Counted from the stretch's first letter, positions 14,974 through 28,665 are shown. The stretch is DNA of 64,000 bases from Eledone cirrhosa (GCA_964016885.1 OZ024750.1:39246001-39310000), one strand, 5' to 3'. Notes: generated by a model not told the origin, from the sequence alone. Made by a program: numbers and translations.

Positions 14974-15677
14974 AATAAATAAGTTCTTGAAATATTTGTT
15001 AAATTTCTAAAATGCTTTTTGATAAGTTTAATTTGACGAGAGAAAACTGTGAGGGGATAATTAGTGCTCTGGTCATTTTTAATTTATTACCAGTAAAGTT
15101 CTTACTATGATCTTTACTTGGAATACGGTAATTTACTACTGCCAACCACTTAGCTTCTTCTTCTTCTTACTATTATATTTTCTAAGATGTATTTATCCCT
15201 TTTCAATAAATTATTCTGATTTTTGAGTGGGGTAGTTTTTTTTTTTTTTATCTTCGTTAGTCTAGAGACGAAGCTTTTTAGTTGACAAGCAATAGAAAGA
15301 TTATATAACCTCACCCTTTGTGTAAATAAATTTGATTTGAAAGAAACAAAATAATAATAATAATACTTTTTAAACACTTGTCTGTTGACAAAAGTTTCAG
15401 CTGTGAGTAATTTTGACTGAGAAGCAGATAAAAATATCTCTTTATGTATAGTTTATATTTTTTTCTAGAATACAATCTCAACTTTGCTGCTGTTGGTTTC
15501 ACTGTATGATAAAGATAAATTGTATTGTGCCATGTACATAGAACTCTCACTCACGCATACTCTCACTCAGACGTACACTCTCACTCACACACACTCTCTC
15601 TCTCACACACATACACTCACTCACACACACATACATTTCATACAAATAATGATCTTGTGAAATTGAATTCTAATAAA
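14974..15677 (+). terminator. Candidate poly(A) signals of the giant-exon gene (AATAAA at 14974, 15205, 15325, 15672)
   Basis: AATAAA hexamers lie in AT-rich sequence after the stop and before the SINE cluster. The site actually used is unknown. Confidence 0.4.
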
Positions 15678-16645
15678 ATTGTCCAATTTGAAATGTCTAC
15701 AATTCCAACAAATGCTGTCACGAAGAACTGGATGTGACGTCATGAATAATAATAATTGTTTCCACCTTTTGGCACAAGGCCAGCAATTTGAAGGGAAAAG
15801 GTAAAGTCCACTGATTGATTTAATTACTTAGTTTATTTTATTGACCCCTGTAAGAATGAAAGGTTGACATCAGAACTGGAACTCAGAAGGTAAAGGGCCA
15901 CGAAGCATGTGATCTGGCGCTCTACCGATACTGCCAATTCACTGCCCACGTAATGATACTAATTTTTTCTAGCATTATTACAAGACCAGCAATTTGGGGG
16001 GTGGGAGGGGGAATTCAATTAAATTAACCCCAGCATTTGACTGGTACTTTATTGACCTCAGAAGGAGCTGGACCAAATACTTAGAAGCTTTTGTCTGACG
16101 CTAACAATCCTGTCAATCCAATGACCTATAATAATAATAATAATTGTTTCTACTTTTGGCACAAGGCCAGCAATTATCCCAGTGTATTACTGGTACTTTA
16201 TTTTATCGGCCCCCAATAATAGTTTTTAATTTAAGCTCAAAGCCAGCAATTTTGTTGGGGGAGGGGTTCCATCAATCCTAGTTTTACTTTATTTTATCAA
16301 CTCTGGAAGAAAGACTAGGCTTACCTTGGCTGGGGTTGAAACCAGAACAAATAGTGTAAAGTATTTGTCTGATGGCAGGGTCGGTAGAGTGTCATAGAAT
16401 ATTTTGTGCTACTCTATCATGTTTGAATTCAAATTTCACTCTGGTCAACTTTGTTATATAACCTATTATAAATACCAGTTATACAAAAACTTGGGGTTAA
16501 TGTTATTTACTGTAACTTAGTGCATGTGGCCATACTGGGGCACCATCTAATGATAAAATGTAGGACAAGTAGAAATCTCAGATCAAATTTGAAATTCCCC
16601 CTTTGTCTAAGATCAATAAAATAAGTAATGTATAATTGGTGGGAT

Positions 16646-16902
16646 TGACTATACTTTTGAAAGTGGTGCCCCCAGTATGGCCACACATTGACTATACTTT
16701 TGAAAGTGGTGCCCCCCGTATGGCCACACATTGACTATACTTTTGAAAGTGGTGCCCCCCGTATGGCCACACATTGACTATACTTTTGAAAGTGGTGCCC
16801 CCCGTATGGCCACACATTGACTATACTTTTGAAAGTGGTGCCCTCCGTATGGCCACACATTGACTATACTTTTGAAAGTGGTGCCCCCCGTATGGCCACA
16901 CA
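16646..16902 (+). repeat. 43-bp minisatellite x6 (ttgactatacttttgaaagtggtgccccccgtatggccacaca)
   Basis: Period 43 is visible. The unit resembles a dispersed SINE-tail motif at ~51830-51875. Confidence 0.9.
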
Positions 16903-17302
16903 CTATCAAATGACTGCAAAATAATGATATTGGTCCCACACCTAGACACAATATTTCGTATGAACATCACAGATTCTAATAATTGAAACAAAACAGTAAT
17001 TGTTTCTACTTTAGGCACAAGGCCAGCAATTACCCAGTACATTACTGGTACTTTATTTTATCGACCCTGTAAGGATGAAAGGCAAAGTTAACCTCGGCGG
17101 GATTTGAACTCAGATTGAAACAAAACAGTAATGACATGTAGCTAGAGCCAGCAACCTTTCCCAGTTGCCTGAACATTCTAGAAACAGCAGCCAAATTTCC
17201 CTCAAAATCACTCTGCATCATCTTTAAAAAGAGAAGGACACTTTGGATCTTGTAGTCTAAGATGTGGCATTATGTAACCAGAATTAACCTAGCTCTAAAT
17301 AT

Positions 17303-17605
17303 CCCTAAAGAACTGGTTTAATGGCCAGCAACCCTTGCCACATAGATGATAATAATAATTGTTTCTACTTTTGGCACAAGGCCAGCAATTATCCCAGTAC
17401 ATTACTGGTACTTTATTTTATCGACCCCGTAAGGAAGAAAGCCAAAGTTAACCTCCCTAAAGAACTGGTTTAATGGCCAGCAACCCTTGCCACATAGATG
17501 ATAATAATAATTGTTTCTACTTTTGGCACAAGGCCAGCAATTATCCCAGTACATTACTGGTACTTTATTTTATCGACCCCGTAAGGAAGAAAGCCAAAGT
17601 TAACC
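17303..17605 (+). repeat. 152-bp tandem duplication including a SINE 3' half
   Basis: ccctaaagaactgg...gttaacct starts at both 17303 and 17455. Confidence 0.85.
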
Positions 17606-18141
17606 TCGGCGGGATTTGAAATCAGAATGGAAGTGTCGTAACTAAATGCTGCAAAACATTTTGACAATTCTGTCATTCCACTGCAGAATCGGTAGAGTGG
17701 TGGATACCATGCTTTATAGCATAGAGTTACGGCCCTTTACGTTCTAATCTCAAATCCTGCCGAGGTTAGCTTTGCCTTTCGTCCTCATGGGGTTGATTTA
17801 ATCGACTTTCCCCTCCCTCAAAATTGCTGGCCTTGTGCCTAAATCAGAAACCATTATTGTGTGATAAATATTATATAATATTAAAGTTTAAGAATTAACA
17901 AAAGACCTTACATAACCAGGCGTAACATTCAAGTTATTTCATTTGATTTTAATATAATAAATAGGAATACTGATATGGTTGCAATTGTATTTTTAGAAGT
18001 GTTTTATATATTTATGTTGGTGTGTATATATATATATATATTTATATATAAACAATGAGTTATATGCTTTGTTGATAAGTATTTTATGTTCATAACGGAT
18101 ATGAAGCACTCGACAGATAAAAATTAATCTGGAGTATTATA

Positions 18142-18271
18142 ATAGTAATAAATGGAAAATATATCACTATAGCATCATATTTTATTTCGTTATATATATT
18201 TTGTCTGAAGAAATCATATATATCAAAATATATTATGTTGATATAGTGATATATTTTCCATTTATTACTAT
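18142..18271. repeat. Inverted repeat, perfect 30-bp arms with 70-nt spacer
   Basis: 18142-18171 is the reverse complement of 18242-18271. Confidence 0.85.
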
Positions 18272-19138
18272 ATTAAAGTACCAGTAATACACTGGGATAA
18301 TTGCTGGCCTTGTGCCAAAAGTAGAAACAACTATTATTATATATATATATATTATAAAGAGTCTGGATGTGGTGGCTGAGCTCTTGCTATTTCAACAGCT
18401 AGTTCCATATATATAAATATGTTAATACATAGGTTTATTATATTTATCATTGATGAACAGCTAATAATTATGAAATTTATAATTGTAAATGGATTGTTTT
18501 GCAGCATAAATTTCTCTCTTTCTCTCTTTGTGTGTATATATATATATAAATATATAAATAAATGAAAGAGAAGAGTGTTCAACTAAAATGTGGAAGTCGA
18601 AAGTATTTATATTGACCTATTTCAGCATTATCAGTCGTTTTGTAGACATGGACACGTCTAACTGCATCAGGTACCTTAAAATATGTGAAATGGGGATGTA
18701 TGAGTCTATTAAGGGTGACCATTAGTTGGTTTAGATCATGTGGTGGTGTATGTGAGGCAGTGACAACCAATTCAACAAACATGTGGCAGGGAATAGCCCA
18801 CTAGGGGATGCCATTAACTATGATAATTATCTCAACATCAGATATATCCCTAGATGTCCTGGTGAGAGGTGACAGGTCTTCTACAGCAGGATATAATGTC
18901 TATATTTGGTGTTTGTCACCTTTTCGTGGCTCTGGTATTGATTGGAATAGAAACACCTACATCATAAATCTGGGGTTTTGTCATGTCATGTCATGTTTGG
19001 TTTATTGGAAATGGAGAAATCTCTTATATCTTCTCACCTATAACCCCTCACATACAGATGATGGAGATACTTTATGGTTGCTTGACATGCTAAAAATAGC
19101 AGCCAAATCATCAGATCACATCCTATATACAACATGGA

Positions 19139-19262
19139 GGCACATGGCTTAGTGGTTAGAGCATTGGTCTTGCAATCGAAAGGTTGTGAGTTCAATTCTC
19201 AGACCGGCTGATGTGTTGTTTCCTTGAGCAAGACACTTTATTTCACATTGCTCCAGTTTACT
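19139..19262 (+). mobile_element. tRNA-derived SINE family 2 (CORE-like), 5' part
   Basis: A-box tggcttagtgg and B-box gttcaattc, followed by ccttgagcaagacactttatttcac. Matches the copies at 45915-46250 and 52703-53025. Confidence 0.8.
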
Positions 19263-19533
19263 TAAAAAAAGCACCCAGCACTCACTGTAAATGAGGTTGG
19301 TGTTAGGAAGGGCATCCAGCTGTAGAAATCAAGCCAGCATCAGTTCCCGTCCCACCCTTGCAAGCAGGGAAAAAGCGGACGTATGATGAAATGATGATAC
19401 AACATGGAATATGTAATCCAACAGTTCATAAAAAAATGGAAAGACTTTGATCAGAGTTTTCACCTGAAAACAAAAGTTTAGTGCTTTGATTAAAAACTAA
19501 ACTTCACTTGTTTTCATTCTTCAACAAACAAAC

Positions 19534-19565
<32 letters not shown>

Positions 19566-19933
19566 ATATACATTGACTATGATATATATAGTATATACAT
19601 TGACTGATATTATAGTCAATGTACACACTATATAGTTGGCGTTAGGAAGGGCATCTTACTGTAGAAACCAAGCCAAAATCAACCCTGTGTGAGTGAAACA
19701 CAGTCCTCTGACCTGATCTCTCCCAATGGGACAGCCCCCTCTGTCCATGCTAAATGATGGTGATATACATATATAAAGGTGAAAATTGCTATCTTCCATT
19801 TACCAGCCAAAATCACCTGAATAGATAGGAAAGGTTAGAATTGCCTACATTTGTGATAGATAGGAGAGGTTAGAATTCCCTACTCTTGTAATTAAGCTTA
19901 GAAATCCTTTCTAAATATTATTATTATTATTCG

Positions 19934-20060
19934 GTCTGAGTTCAAATCCCGTCGAGGTTAACTTTGCCTTTCATCCTTACCGGGTCGATAAAATAAAGTA
20001 CCAGTAATAAACTGGGTAATTGCTGGCCTTGTGCCAAAAGTAGAAACAATTATTATTATT
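19934..20060 (+). mobile_element. SINE family 1, 5'-truncated, flanked by (TTA)n
   Basis: Same B-box, core and tail as the cluster copies. Confidence 0.8.
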
Positions 20061-20637
20061 CATTTGTAAGGGCTCTTTATCTTCTGAGGTCAACTTTACC
20101 TTTCATACATCCTGGGGTTGATATGGTACCAGTCAGACATTAGGGTCCATATAATAAACTGTTCTCTTCCCACAAATTCAAGGCCTTTATTTAGCTTCGT
20201 AGAAAATATAAATTTCAGGATATTTATTTCCATAGAGTGCACTTTATATACTGACACACACAAACACTTATGTGTGTGTGTGTATATATCGACAGTTGAT
20301 CAACTTTCGTCAAATCGGACCGGGGAAACAATGTTTCCATTAGTCTTTCCAATTACTAATACTATCTATCAATCGCAACTCCAGGTAGAAGGAGCAACAT
20401 GAAATAAAGTGTCTTGCTCAAAGACATAGCGCATCTTATATTGTAACATTTACTCCTGCGTTTATCTGGGGGTTTTTTTTATTTTCTGTTATTCCAACCT
20501 ATATATATAAAGAAATATAGAAACACTTCTGTGTATGTATAGGGGTATTGGCTGAGTTGGATAGAAAACTTTACACCATTTGTTCTCTGTACTCTGAGAT
20601 CAACCTTATTTTTCATCTGTCAGTTCAATGCTGGGGT

Positions 20638-20640
<3 letters not shown>

Positions 20641-20694
<54 letters not shown>

Positions 20695-21017
20695 AATATA
20701 TGTCTAAAATCAGCAATGTTCATTCCTGGAGAAGGAAAGACTTTGCTGGGTTTAAATATTCATCATATCGTATAGGAATATATCACTATGGTAACACTAT
20801 GACTTCAGCAGGAGTTCAGGGATGGATATATATATGTGTGTATGTATGTATATATATATATATATGTGTGTATGTATGTATATATATATATATATATGTG
20901 TGTATGTATGTATATATATATATATATATGTGTGTATGTATGTATGTATATATATATATATATGTGTGTATGTATATATATATATATATATGTGTGTGTA
21001 TATATATATATATATAT
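20641..21017. repeat. (TC)n and compound (TA/TG)n microsatellites
   Basis: Directly visible. Confidence 0.9.
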
Positions 21018-21096
21018 AATCTGTCCACATTTTATTGTCGTATTCTAGTATCAGAATGAGGCTAAAGAGAAAACGAGAAAAAAAAGCAGTGAGTTG

Positions 21097-21623
21097 TGTC
21101 AGCAGTGCCGTAGCATGGCCTGTGCTATGGTGTCAGCAGCAGTGCTGTAGCATTGGCCTGTGCTATGGTGTCAGCATGGCCTGTGCTATGGTGTCAGCAG
21201 CAGTGCCGTAGCATAGCCTGTGCTATGGTGTCAGCAGTGCTGCAGCATGGCCTTGGCTATGGTGTTAGCAGCAGTGCCGTAGCATGGCCTGTGCTATGGT
21301 GTCAGCAGTGCCGTAGCATGGCCTGTGCTATGGTGTTAGCAGCAGTGCTGTAGCATTGGCCTGTGCTATGGTGTCAGCAGTGCTGCAGCATGGCCTTGGC
21401 TATGGTGTTAGCAGCAGTGCTGTAGCATTGGCCTGTGCTATGGTGTCAGCAGTGCTGCAGCATGGCCTTGGCTATGGTGTTAGCAGCAGTGCTGTAGCAT
21501 GGCCTGTGCTATGGTGTCAGCAGTGCTGTAGCACGGCCTGTGCTATGGTGTCAGCAGTGCTGCAGCATGGCCTGTGCTATGGTGTCAGCAGCAGTGCTGT
21601 AGCATGGCCTGTGCTATGGTGTC
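21097..21623 (+). repeat. ~36-40-bp minisatellite (cagcagtgctgtagcatggcctgtgctatggtgt)
   Basis: Directly visible. Confidence 0.9.
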
Positions 21624-21819
21624 TAAAGACAAACTACAGATCATTTATTTCTATATTTTGATGTAGAATTCAGTTGATTTTTGAGAGAAACAAATAAATT
21701 TTTTAAGGATTTACAAACATTAAATCTACACAAGTTCCCTGAAAACAGGTTATTGTGTGTGGATATAGAATATATATATATTTAATATAGAAATGGCTTC
21801 TACAGGACTAGAACTGTTT

Positions 21820-22290
21820 CACACTTACACACACATATATATATATCTATATATATACACACACACTCACACGTACATGTATATATACACACACACACAT
21901 ATATATATATATATACACTCACATATACATGTATATATACACACATACACACATATATATATTACACTCACATATACATGTATATATATATATATATACA
22001 TACACACTCTCACACGTACATGTATAAATACACACACATATACATGTATATATATATATACACATGCACACATCCACTTACACACATGTATATATATACA
22101 CATACACACATATATATACACACACACACCCATATATATATACACTCACATATACATGTAGATATATACACACACATATATATATATATACACACTCACA
22201 TATACATGTATATATATATATATATACACACACACACATATCCACTTATACTCACACACATGTATATATATACACTCAAATATACATTCT
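21820..22290. repeat. Compound (CA/TA)n microsatellite
   Basis: Directly visible. Confidence 0.9.
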
Positions 22291-22567
22291 TACATATGGA
22301 AATTCTGTAAATGTTTTTGTTTATATTTTTTATTAATTCCCTTCTTTCCCAACCAATTGTAAGTTCTGCCATGGTACACCGTGTTATTACAAATATTTCA
22401 CTCTGTACCATTTGTTTTAACACTGATTAAAAATATATTAAAAAAAAAATATTCATTTAACATAATAAACTTCTGAAATACATATTGAATGTTTTGACTT
22501 TCCTTACCATTTATCTCCTCTTACTGGCTTTTTGAAATGAGACTGTAACCATGTTAGGGAAGCATCT

Positions 22568-24540
22568 TTAACCCTTTACCATTTACATTACTCTATATAT
22601 ACTATTGTATTTTTGTGGTAAAGGCTTTACCTCACATAATATCCCACATAACATTTACATTACTCTATATATACTATTGTATTTTTACAGTAAAGCCTTT
22701 ACCTCACATAACATTTACATTACTCTATATATACTATTATATTTTCACAGTAAAGGCTTTACCTCACATAATATCTCACATAACATTTACATTACTCTAT
22801 ATATACTATTGTATTTTCACAGTAAAGGCTTTACCTCACATAACATTTACATTACTCTATATATACTATTATATTTTCACAGTAAAGGCTTTACCTCACA
22901 TAACATTTACATTACTCTATATATACTATTATATTTTCACAGTAAAGGCTTTACCTCACATAACATTTACATTACTCTATATATACTATTATATTTTCAC
23001 AGTAAAGGCTTTACCTCACATAAAATCTCGCATAACATTTACATTACTCTATATTTACTATTGTATTTTCACAGTAAAGGCTTTACCTCACATAATATCT
23101 CACATAACATTTACATTACTCTATATATACTATTATATTTTCACAGTAAAGGCTTTACCTCACATAAAATCTCGCATAACATTTACATTACTCTATATTT
23201 ACTATTGTATTTTCACAGTAAAGGCTTTACCTCACATAATATCTCGCATAACATTTACATTACTCTATATATACTATTATATTTTCACAGTAAAGGCTTT
23301 ACCTCACATAATATCCCACATAACATTTACATTACTCTATATATACTATTGTATTTTTACAGTAAAGCCTTTACCTCACATAACATTTACATTACTCTAT
23401 ATATACTATTATATTTTCACAGTAAAGGCTTTACCTCACATAATATCTCACATAACATTTACATTACTCTATATATACTATTGTATTTTCACAGTAAAGG
23501 CTTTACCTCACATAACATTAACATTACTCTATATATACTATTATATTTTCACAGTAAAGGCTTTACCTCACATAACATTTACATTACTCTATATATACTA
23601 TTATATTTTCACAGTAAAGGCTTTACCTCACATAAAATCTCGCATAACATTTACATTACTCTATATTTACTATTGTATTTTCACAGTAAAGGCTTTACCT
23701 CACATAACATTTACATTACTCTATATATACTATTATATTTTCACAGTAAAGGCTTTACCTCACATAAAATCTCGCATAACATTTACATTACTCTATATTT
23801 ACTATTGTATTTTCACAGTAAAGGCTTTACCTCACATAATATCTCGCATAACATTTACATTACTCTATATATACTATTATATTTTCACAGTAAAGGCTTT
23901 ACCTCACATAATATCCCACATAACATTTACATTACTCTATATATACTATTGTATTTTTACAGTAAAGCCTTTACCTCACATAACATTTACATTACTCTAT
24001 ATATACTATTGTATTGTCACAGTAAAGGCTTTACCTCACATAATATCTCACATAACATTTACATTACTCTATATATACTATTATATTTTCACAGTAAAGG
24101 CTTTACCTCACATAAAATCTCGCATAACATTTACATTACTCTATATTTACTATTGTATTTTCACAGTAAAGGCTTTACCTCACATAATATCTCGCATAAC
24201 ATTTACATTACTCTATATATACTATTATATTTTCACAGTAAAGGCTTTACCTCACATAATACCTCACATAACATTTACATTACTCTATATTTACTATTGT
24301 ATTTTCACAGTAAAGGCTTTACCTCACATAATATCTCACATAACATTTACATTACTCTATATATACTATTGTATTTTCACAGTAAAGGCTTTACCTCACA
24401 TAATATCAAATTTGAGATTTTGATTTTATTTATTTTGAGAACAATATCTTAACATCAGTATGTGGGGCCAGTTATGGCCGAATAGAAAGAGGTGAGAGAA
24501 TTCTGGCCAGATATGGCCAGTTTGAATGCTAAAGGGTTAA
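22568..24540 (+). mobile_element. piggyBac-type MITE copy A with internal 60/72-bp satellite expansion (22578-24405)
   Basis: TTAA|CCCTTTACCATTTA ... TGAATGCTAAAGGG|TTAA. The body matches the unexpanded copy at 52190-52395. Confidence 0.85.
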
Positions 24541-24721
24541 AGGATTTAGTCAATTGTATCAACCACAGTACCAACTTTTTTCAAGCCTGGATTGTCATAG
24601 TGTTAAGTTACGGGATGTAAATATAGATACAGGATCACACACGTGTGGCTACCATGAGGAGTGGTTGTGTGAGAATATATATATATACTCACATTCATTC
24701 ACGTATACTCACGTATTTTTG

Positions 24722-25035
24722 ATTTCCATGTGTCTAACACACGTGGACATGCCCACAAAGTAAGAAAACAGCACAGTTCCCATGACTTTCGGAAACATTT
24801 TTTCACGCTCAGAGTTGCTGAAGCATGGAACAAACTACCTGCATCAGTTGTTAACTGTCGAGACACTGCATCCTTTAAGGCCTCCATGCTTCCCGAGATC
24901 CACCAACACTACAGCTAACACATACACACATGTACTTCCCTGACATTTGTGTATTATTCTATGTACTATACATGCACCTTTGACAAGTTGTAGTGCACCT
25001 GAGCACTTTACACAATAATTTCATTATTTCATTAT
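24722..25035 (+). mobile_element. CR1-clade LINE 3' fragment
   Basis: Encodes TRGHAHK..RKHFFTLRVAEAWNKLP and has the same 3' tail as the 30945-31900 copy. Confidence 0.85.
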
Positions 25036-25040
25036 TTTAT

Positions 25041-25092
<52 letters not shown>

Positions 25093-25263
25093 CTCACATT
25101 CATTCACATATACTCACACAGATTAATATATATTTATATATATGTATCACTCCATTATGTGTTACAGTCGATAGTCTGAGGCCATGCTGGGGCACCACCA
25201 CTATATATATATATATATATATATATAAAGAAGAAATTAAAAGATGGTTAGAAAAGTTCCAAG

Positions 25264-25334
25264 TATTTTATTATGCGCATTTCAAAAACAAATATCATCC
25301 AGGGACGATATTTGCGTTCTCATCAGATAAAATA
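25264..25334 (-). ncRNA. Minimal type-I hammerhead ribozyme motif (Penelope-like), minus-strand copy
   Basis: On -: tattttat CTGATGA [stem II] GAAA tgcgca TA ataaaata. Confidence 0.75.
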
Positions 25335-25438
25335 GGGAGACATGATATGAAGCTTAAAAAAGATACTTGTGAGCAAGGTAGTGTCTAATCAACATATTGC
25401 TCACAAGTGTCTTTTTTAAGCTTCATATCATGTCTCCC

Positions 25439-25509
25439 TATTTTATCTGATGAGAATGCAAATATCGTCCCAGGATGATATTTGTTTTTGAAATGCGCAT
25501 AATAAAATA
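25439..25509 (+). ncRNA. Minimal type-I hammerhead ribozyme motif (Penelope-like), plus-strand copy
   Basis: Stem I tattttat/ataaaata (8 bp), CTGATGA 25447-53, long stem II 25454-89, GAAA 25490-93, palindromic TGCGCA, predicted cleavage after A25501. Confidence 0.75.
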
Positions 25510-25587
25510 CACTGTCTAATGTGTCATTCCTTAGTTTTGATGTGATATACGGGATTAAATGTTAACAATATTTGACAGTATATATAT

Positions 25588-25762
25588 AATTGTTTCTACA
25601 TTTGGCACAAGGCCAGCAATTACCAGTACATTACTGGTACTTTATTTTATCGACCCCGTAAGGATGAAAAGCAAAGTTAACCTCGGCAGGATTTGAACTC
25701 AGATCCTAAAGGGACGTAACTATGTTGGAAAGCATGGCATCCGGCTCTCTACCTATACTGAC
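25588..25762 (-). mobile_element. SINE family 1
   Basis: Same consensus as the other family 1 copies. Confidence 0.8.
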
Positions 25763-25834
25763 AATCTACATAATGGGAAGAGGGTATTGCTGTTCAGGTA
25801 GCAGTGGCTTAAACCCCTCAGTATTTGGTTCAAC

Positions 25835-28385
25835 ACAATATATTCTTACAACACTATATATATACATCCCTATACAATATATTGTTACAACACTATATAT
25901 AAACCCCTATACAATATATTGTTACAACACTATATATATATATACACCCCTGTACAATATATTGTTACAACATTATATATACATCACTGTACAATATATT
26001 GTTACAACACTATATATATACACCCCTATACAATATATTGTTACAACACTATATATAAACCCCTATACAATATATTGTTACAACACTATATATATACACC
26101 CCTGTACAATATATTGTTACAACATTATATATACATCACTATACAATATATTGTTACAACACTATATATACATCACTATACAATATATTGTTACAACACT
26201 ATATATAAACCTCTATACAATATATTGTTACAACACTATATATATACACCCCTGTACAAAATATTGTTACAACACTATATATACATCCCTATACAATATA
26301 TTGTTACAACACTATATATATATCACTGTACAACATATTGTTACAACATTATATATACATCACTGTACAATATATTGTTACAACACTATATATACATCAC
26401 TGTACAATATATTGTTACAACATTATATATACATCACTGTACAATATATTGTTACAACACTATATATACATCACTGTACAATATATTGTTACAACACTAT
26501 ATATACATCACTGTACAATATATTGTTACAACATTATATATACATCACTGTATATAGTGTTGTAACAATATATTGTATAGTGATGTATATATATATTGTT
26601 ACAACATTATATATACATCACTATACAATATATTGTTACAACACTATATATACATCACTGTACAATATATTGTTACAACACTATATATACATCACTGTAC
26701 AATATATTGTTACAACACTATATATACATCACTGTACAACATGTTACAACATTATATATACATCACTATACAATATATTGTTACAACACTATATATACAT
26801 CACTGTACAATATATTGTTACAACACTATATATACATCACTGTACAATATATTGTTACAACACTATATATACATCACTGTACAATATATTGTTACAACAT
26901 TATATATACATCACTATACAATATATTGTTACAACACTATATATACATCACTGTACAATATATTGTTACAACACTATATATACATCACTATACAATATAT
27001 TGTTACAACATTATATATACATCACTATACAATATATTGTTACAACACTATATATACATCACTGTACAATATATTGTTACAACACTATATATACATCACT
27101 ATACAATATATTGTTACAACACTATATATACATCACTGTACAATATATTGTTACAATATTATATATACATCACTGTACAATATATTGTTACAACACTATA
27201 TATATACATCCCTATACAATATATTGTTACAACACTATATATACATCACTGTACAATATATTGTTACAACACTATATATACATCACTGTACAATATATTG
27301 TTACAACACTATATATACATCACTGTACAATATATTGTTACAACACTATATATACATCACTGTACAATATATTGTTACAACACTATATATACATCACTGT
27401 ACAATATATTGTTACAACACTATATATACATCCCTATACAATATATTGTTACAACACTATATATACATCACTGTACAATATATTGTTACAACACTATATA
27501 TACATCCCTATACAATATATTGTTACAACACTATATATACATCACTGTACAATATATTGTTACAACACTATATATACATCACTGTACAATATATTGTTAC
27601 AACACTATATATACATCACTGTACAATATATTGTTACAACACTATATATACATCCCTATACAATATATTGTTACAACACTATATATACATCACTGTACAA
27701 TATATTGTTACAACACTATATATACATCACTGTACAATATATTGTTACAACACTATATATACATCACTGTACAATATATTGTTACAACACTATATATATA
27801 CATCACTATACAATATATTGTTACAATATTATATATACATCACTGTACAATATATTGTTACAATATTATATATACATCACTGTACAATATATTGTTACAA
27901 CACTATATATATACATCACTATACAATATATTGTTACAACACTATATATATATCACTGTACAATATATTGTTACAATATTATATATACATCACTATACAA
28001 TATATTGTTACAACACTATATATATATCACTGTACAATATATTGTTACAATATTATATATACATCACTATACAATATATTGTTACAACACTATATATATA
28101 CATCACTATACAATATATTGTTACAACACTATATATACATCACTGTACAATATATTGTTACAACACTATATATACATCACTGTACAATATATTGTTACAA
28201 CACTATATATACATCACTGTACAATATATTGTTACAACACTATATATACATCACTGTACTATATATTGTTACAACACTATATATACATCACTGTACAATA
28301 TATTGTTACAACACTATATATATACATCACTATACAATATATTGTTACAACACTATACAATATATTGTTACAACACTATATATAT
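25835..28385 (+). repeat. 37-bp satellite (acaatatattgttacaacactatatatacatcactgt), ~68 units, one inverted unit at ~26550-26592
   Basis: Period 37 is visible. Degenerate relatives lie at 29190-29595 and 29780-30150. Confidence 0.95.
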
Positions 28386-28575
28386 CATCATCATCATCAT
28401 CATCGTTTAACATCTATCTTCCACGCTTGCATGGGTTTGGACGGGAATTTTCCCACTTGAGGCAAGATTGGTTGTCTTGCTCGTATAGGACTCTCTGGCG
28501 GGTTTTTTTACGGTTGGATGCCCTTCCTAACACCAACTACGTTTACAGTGTGGACTGGGAGGTTTTTACCGTGTT
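28386..28575 (-). mobile_element. RTE 3'-tail fragment with (GAT)n end
   Basis: Reverse complement of the 50930-51122 RTE 3'UTR. Confidence 0.85.
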
Positions 28576-28665
28576 GTAAACCACTATATTTTACAGTTCA
28601 GGCAGCAGTGGCTTAAACCCCTCAGTATTCGGTCCAATTCACTATATCCTGCTTCTGGGGTTAAC

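Larger units (their letters stand above)
15746..18340. mobile_element. Cluster of tRNA-derived SINE copies and fragments (family 1, Meta-domain-like core): ~15746-15945(-), 16132-16215(-), 16996-17115(-), 17350-17455(-), 17501-17675(-), 17683-17858(+), 18274-18340(+)
   Basis: Copies share a B-box GTTCAAATC, a core tttgcctttcatccttacggggtcgataaaataaagtaccag and a tail gctggccttgtgccaaaagtagaaacaa(tta)n. The Meta-domain resemblance is from memory and was not searched. Confidence 0.8.

Noticed and set aside
19139-19210. tRNA-like A/B boxes (also 46180-46250)
   Set aside because: They continue into SINE body sequence and are multi-copy and diverged, so they are SINE heads rather than tRNA genes.
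20628-22423. YI/CV/HT-repeat ORFs (also 63267-63963)
   Set aside because: They are translations of dinucleotide microsatellites.
22605-28579. 600-900-aa ORFs in the 60-bp and 37-bp arrays
   Set aside because: They are open in several frames only because the monomer lacks stops on the G-poor strand; satellite artefacts.
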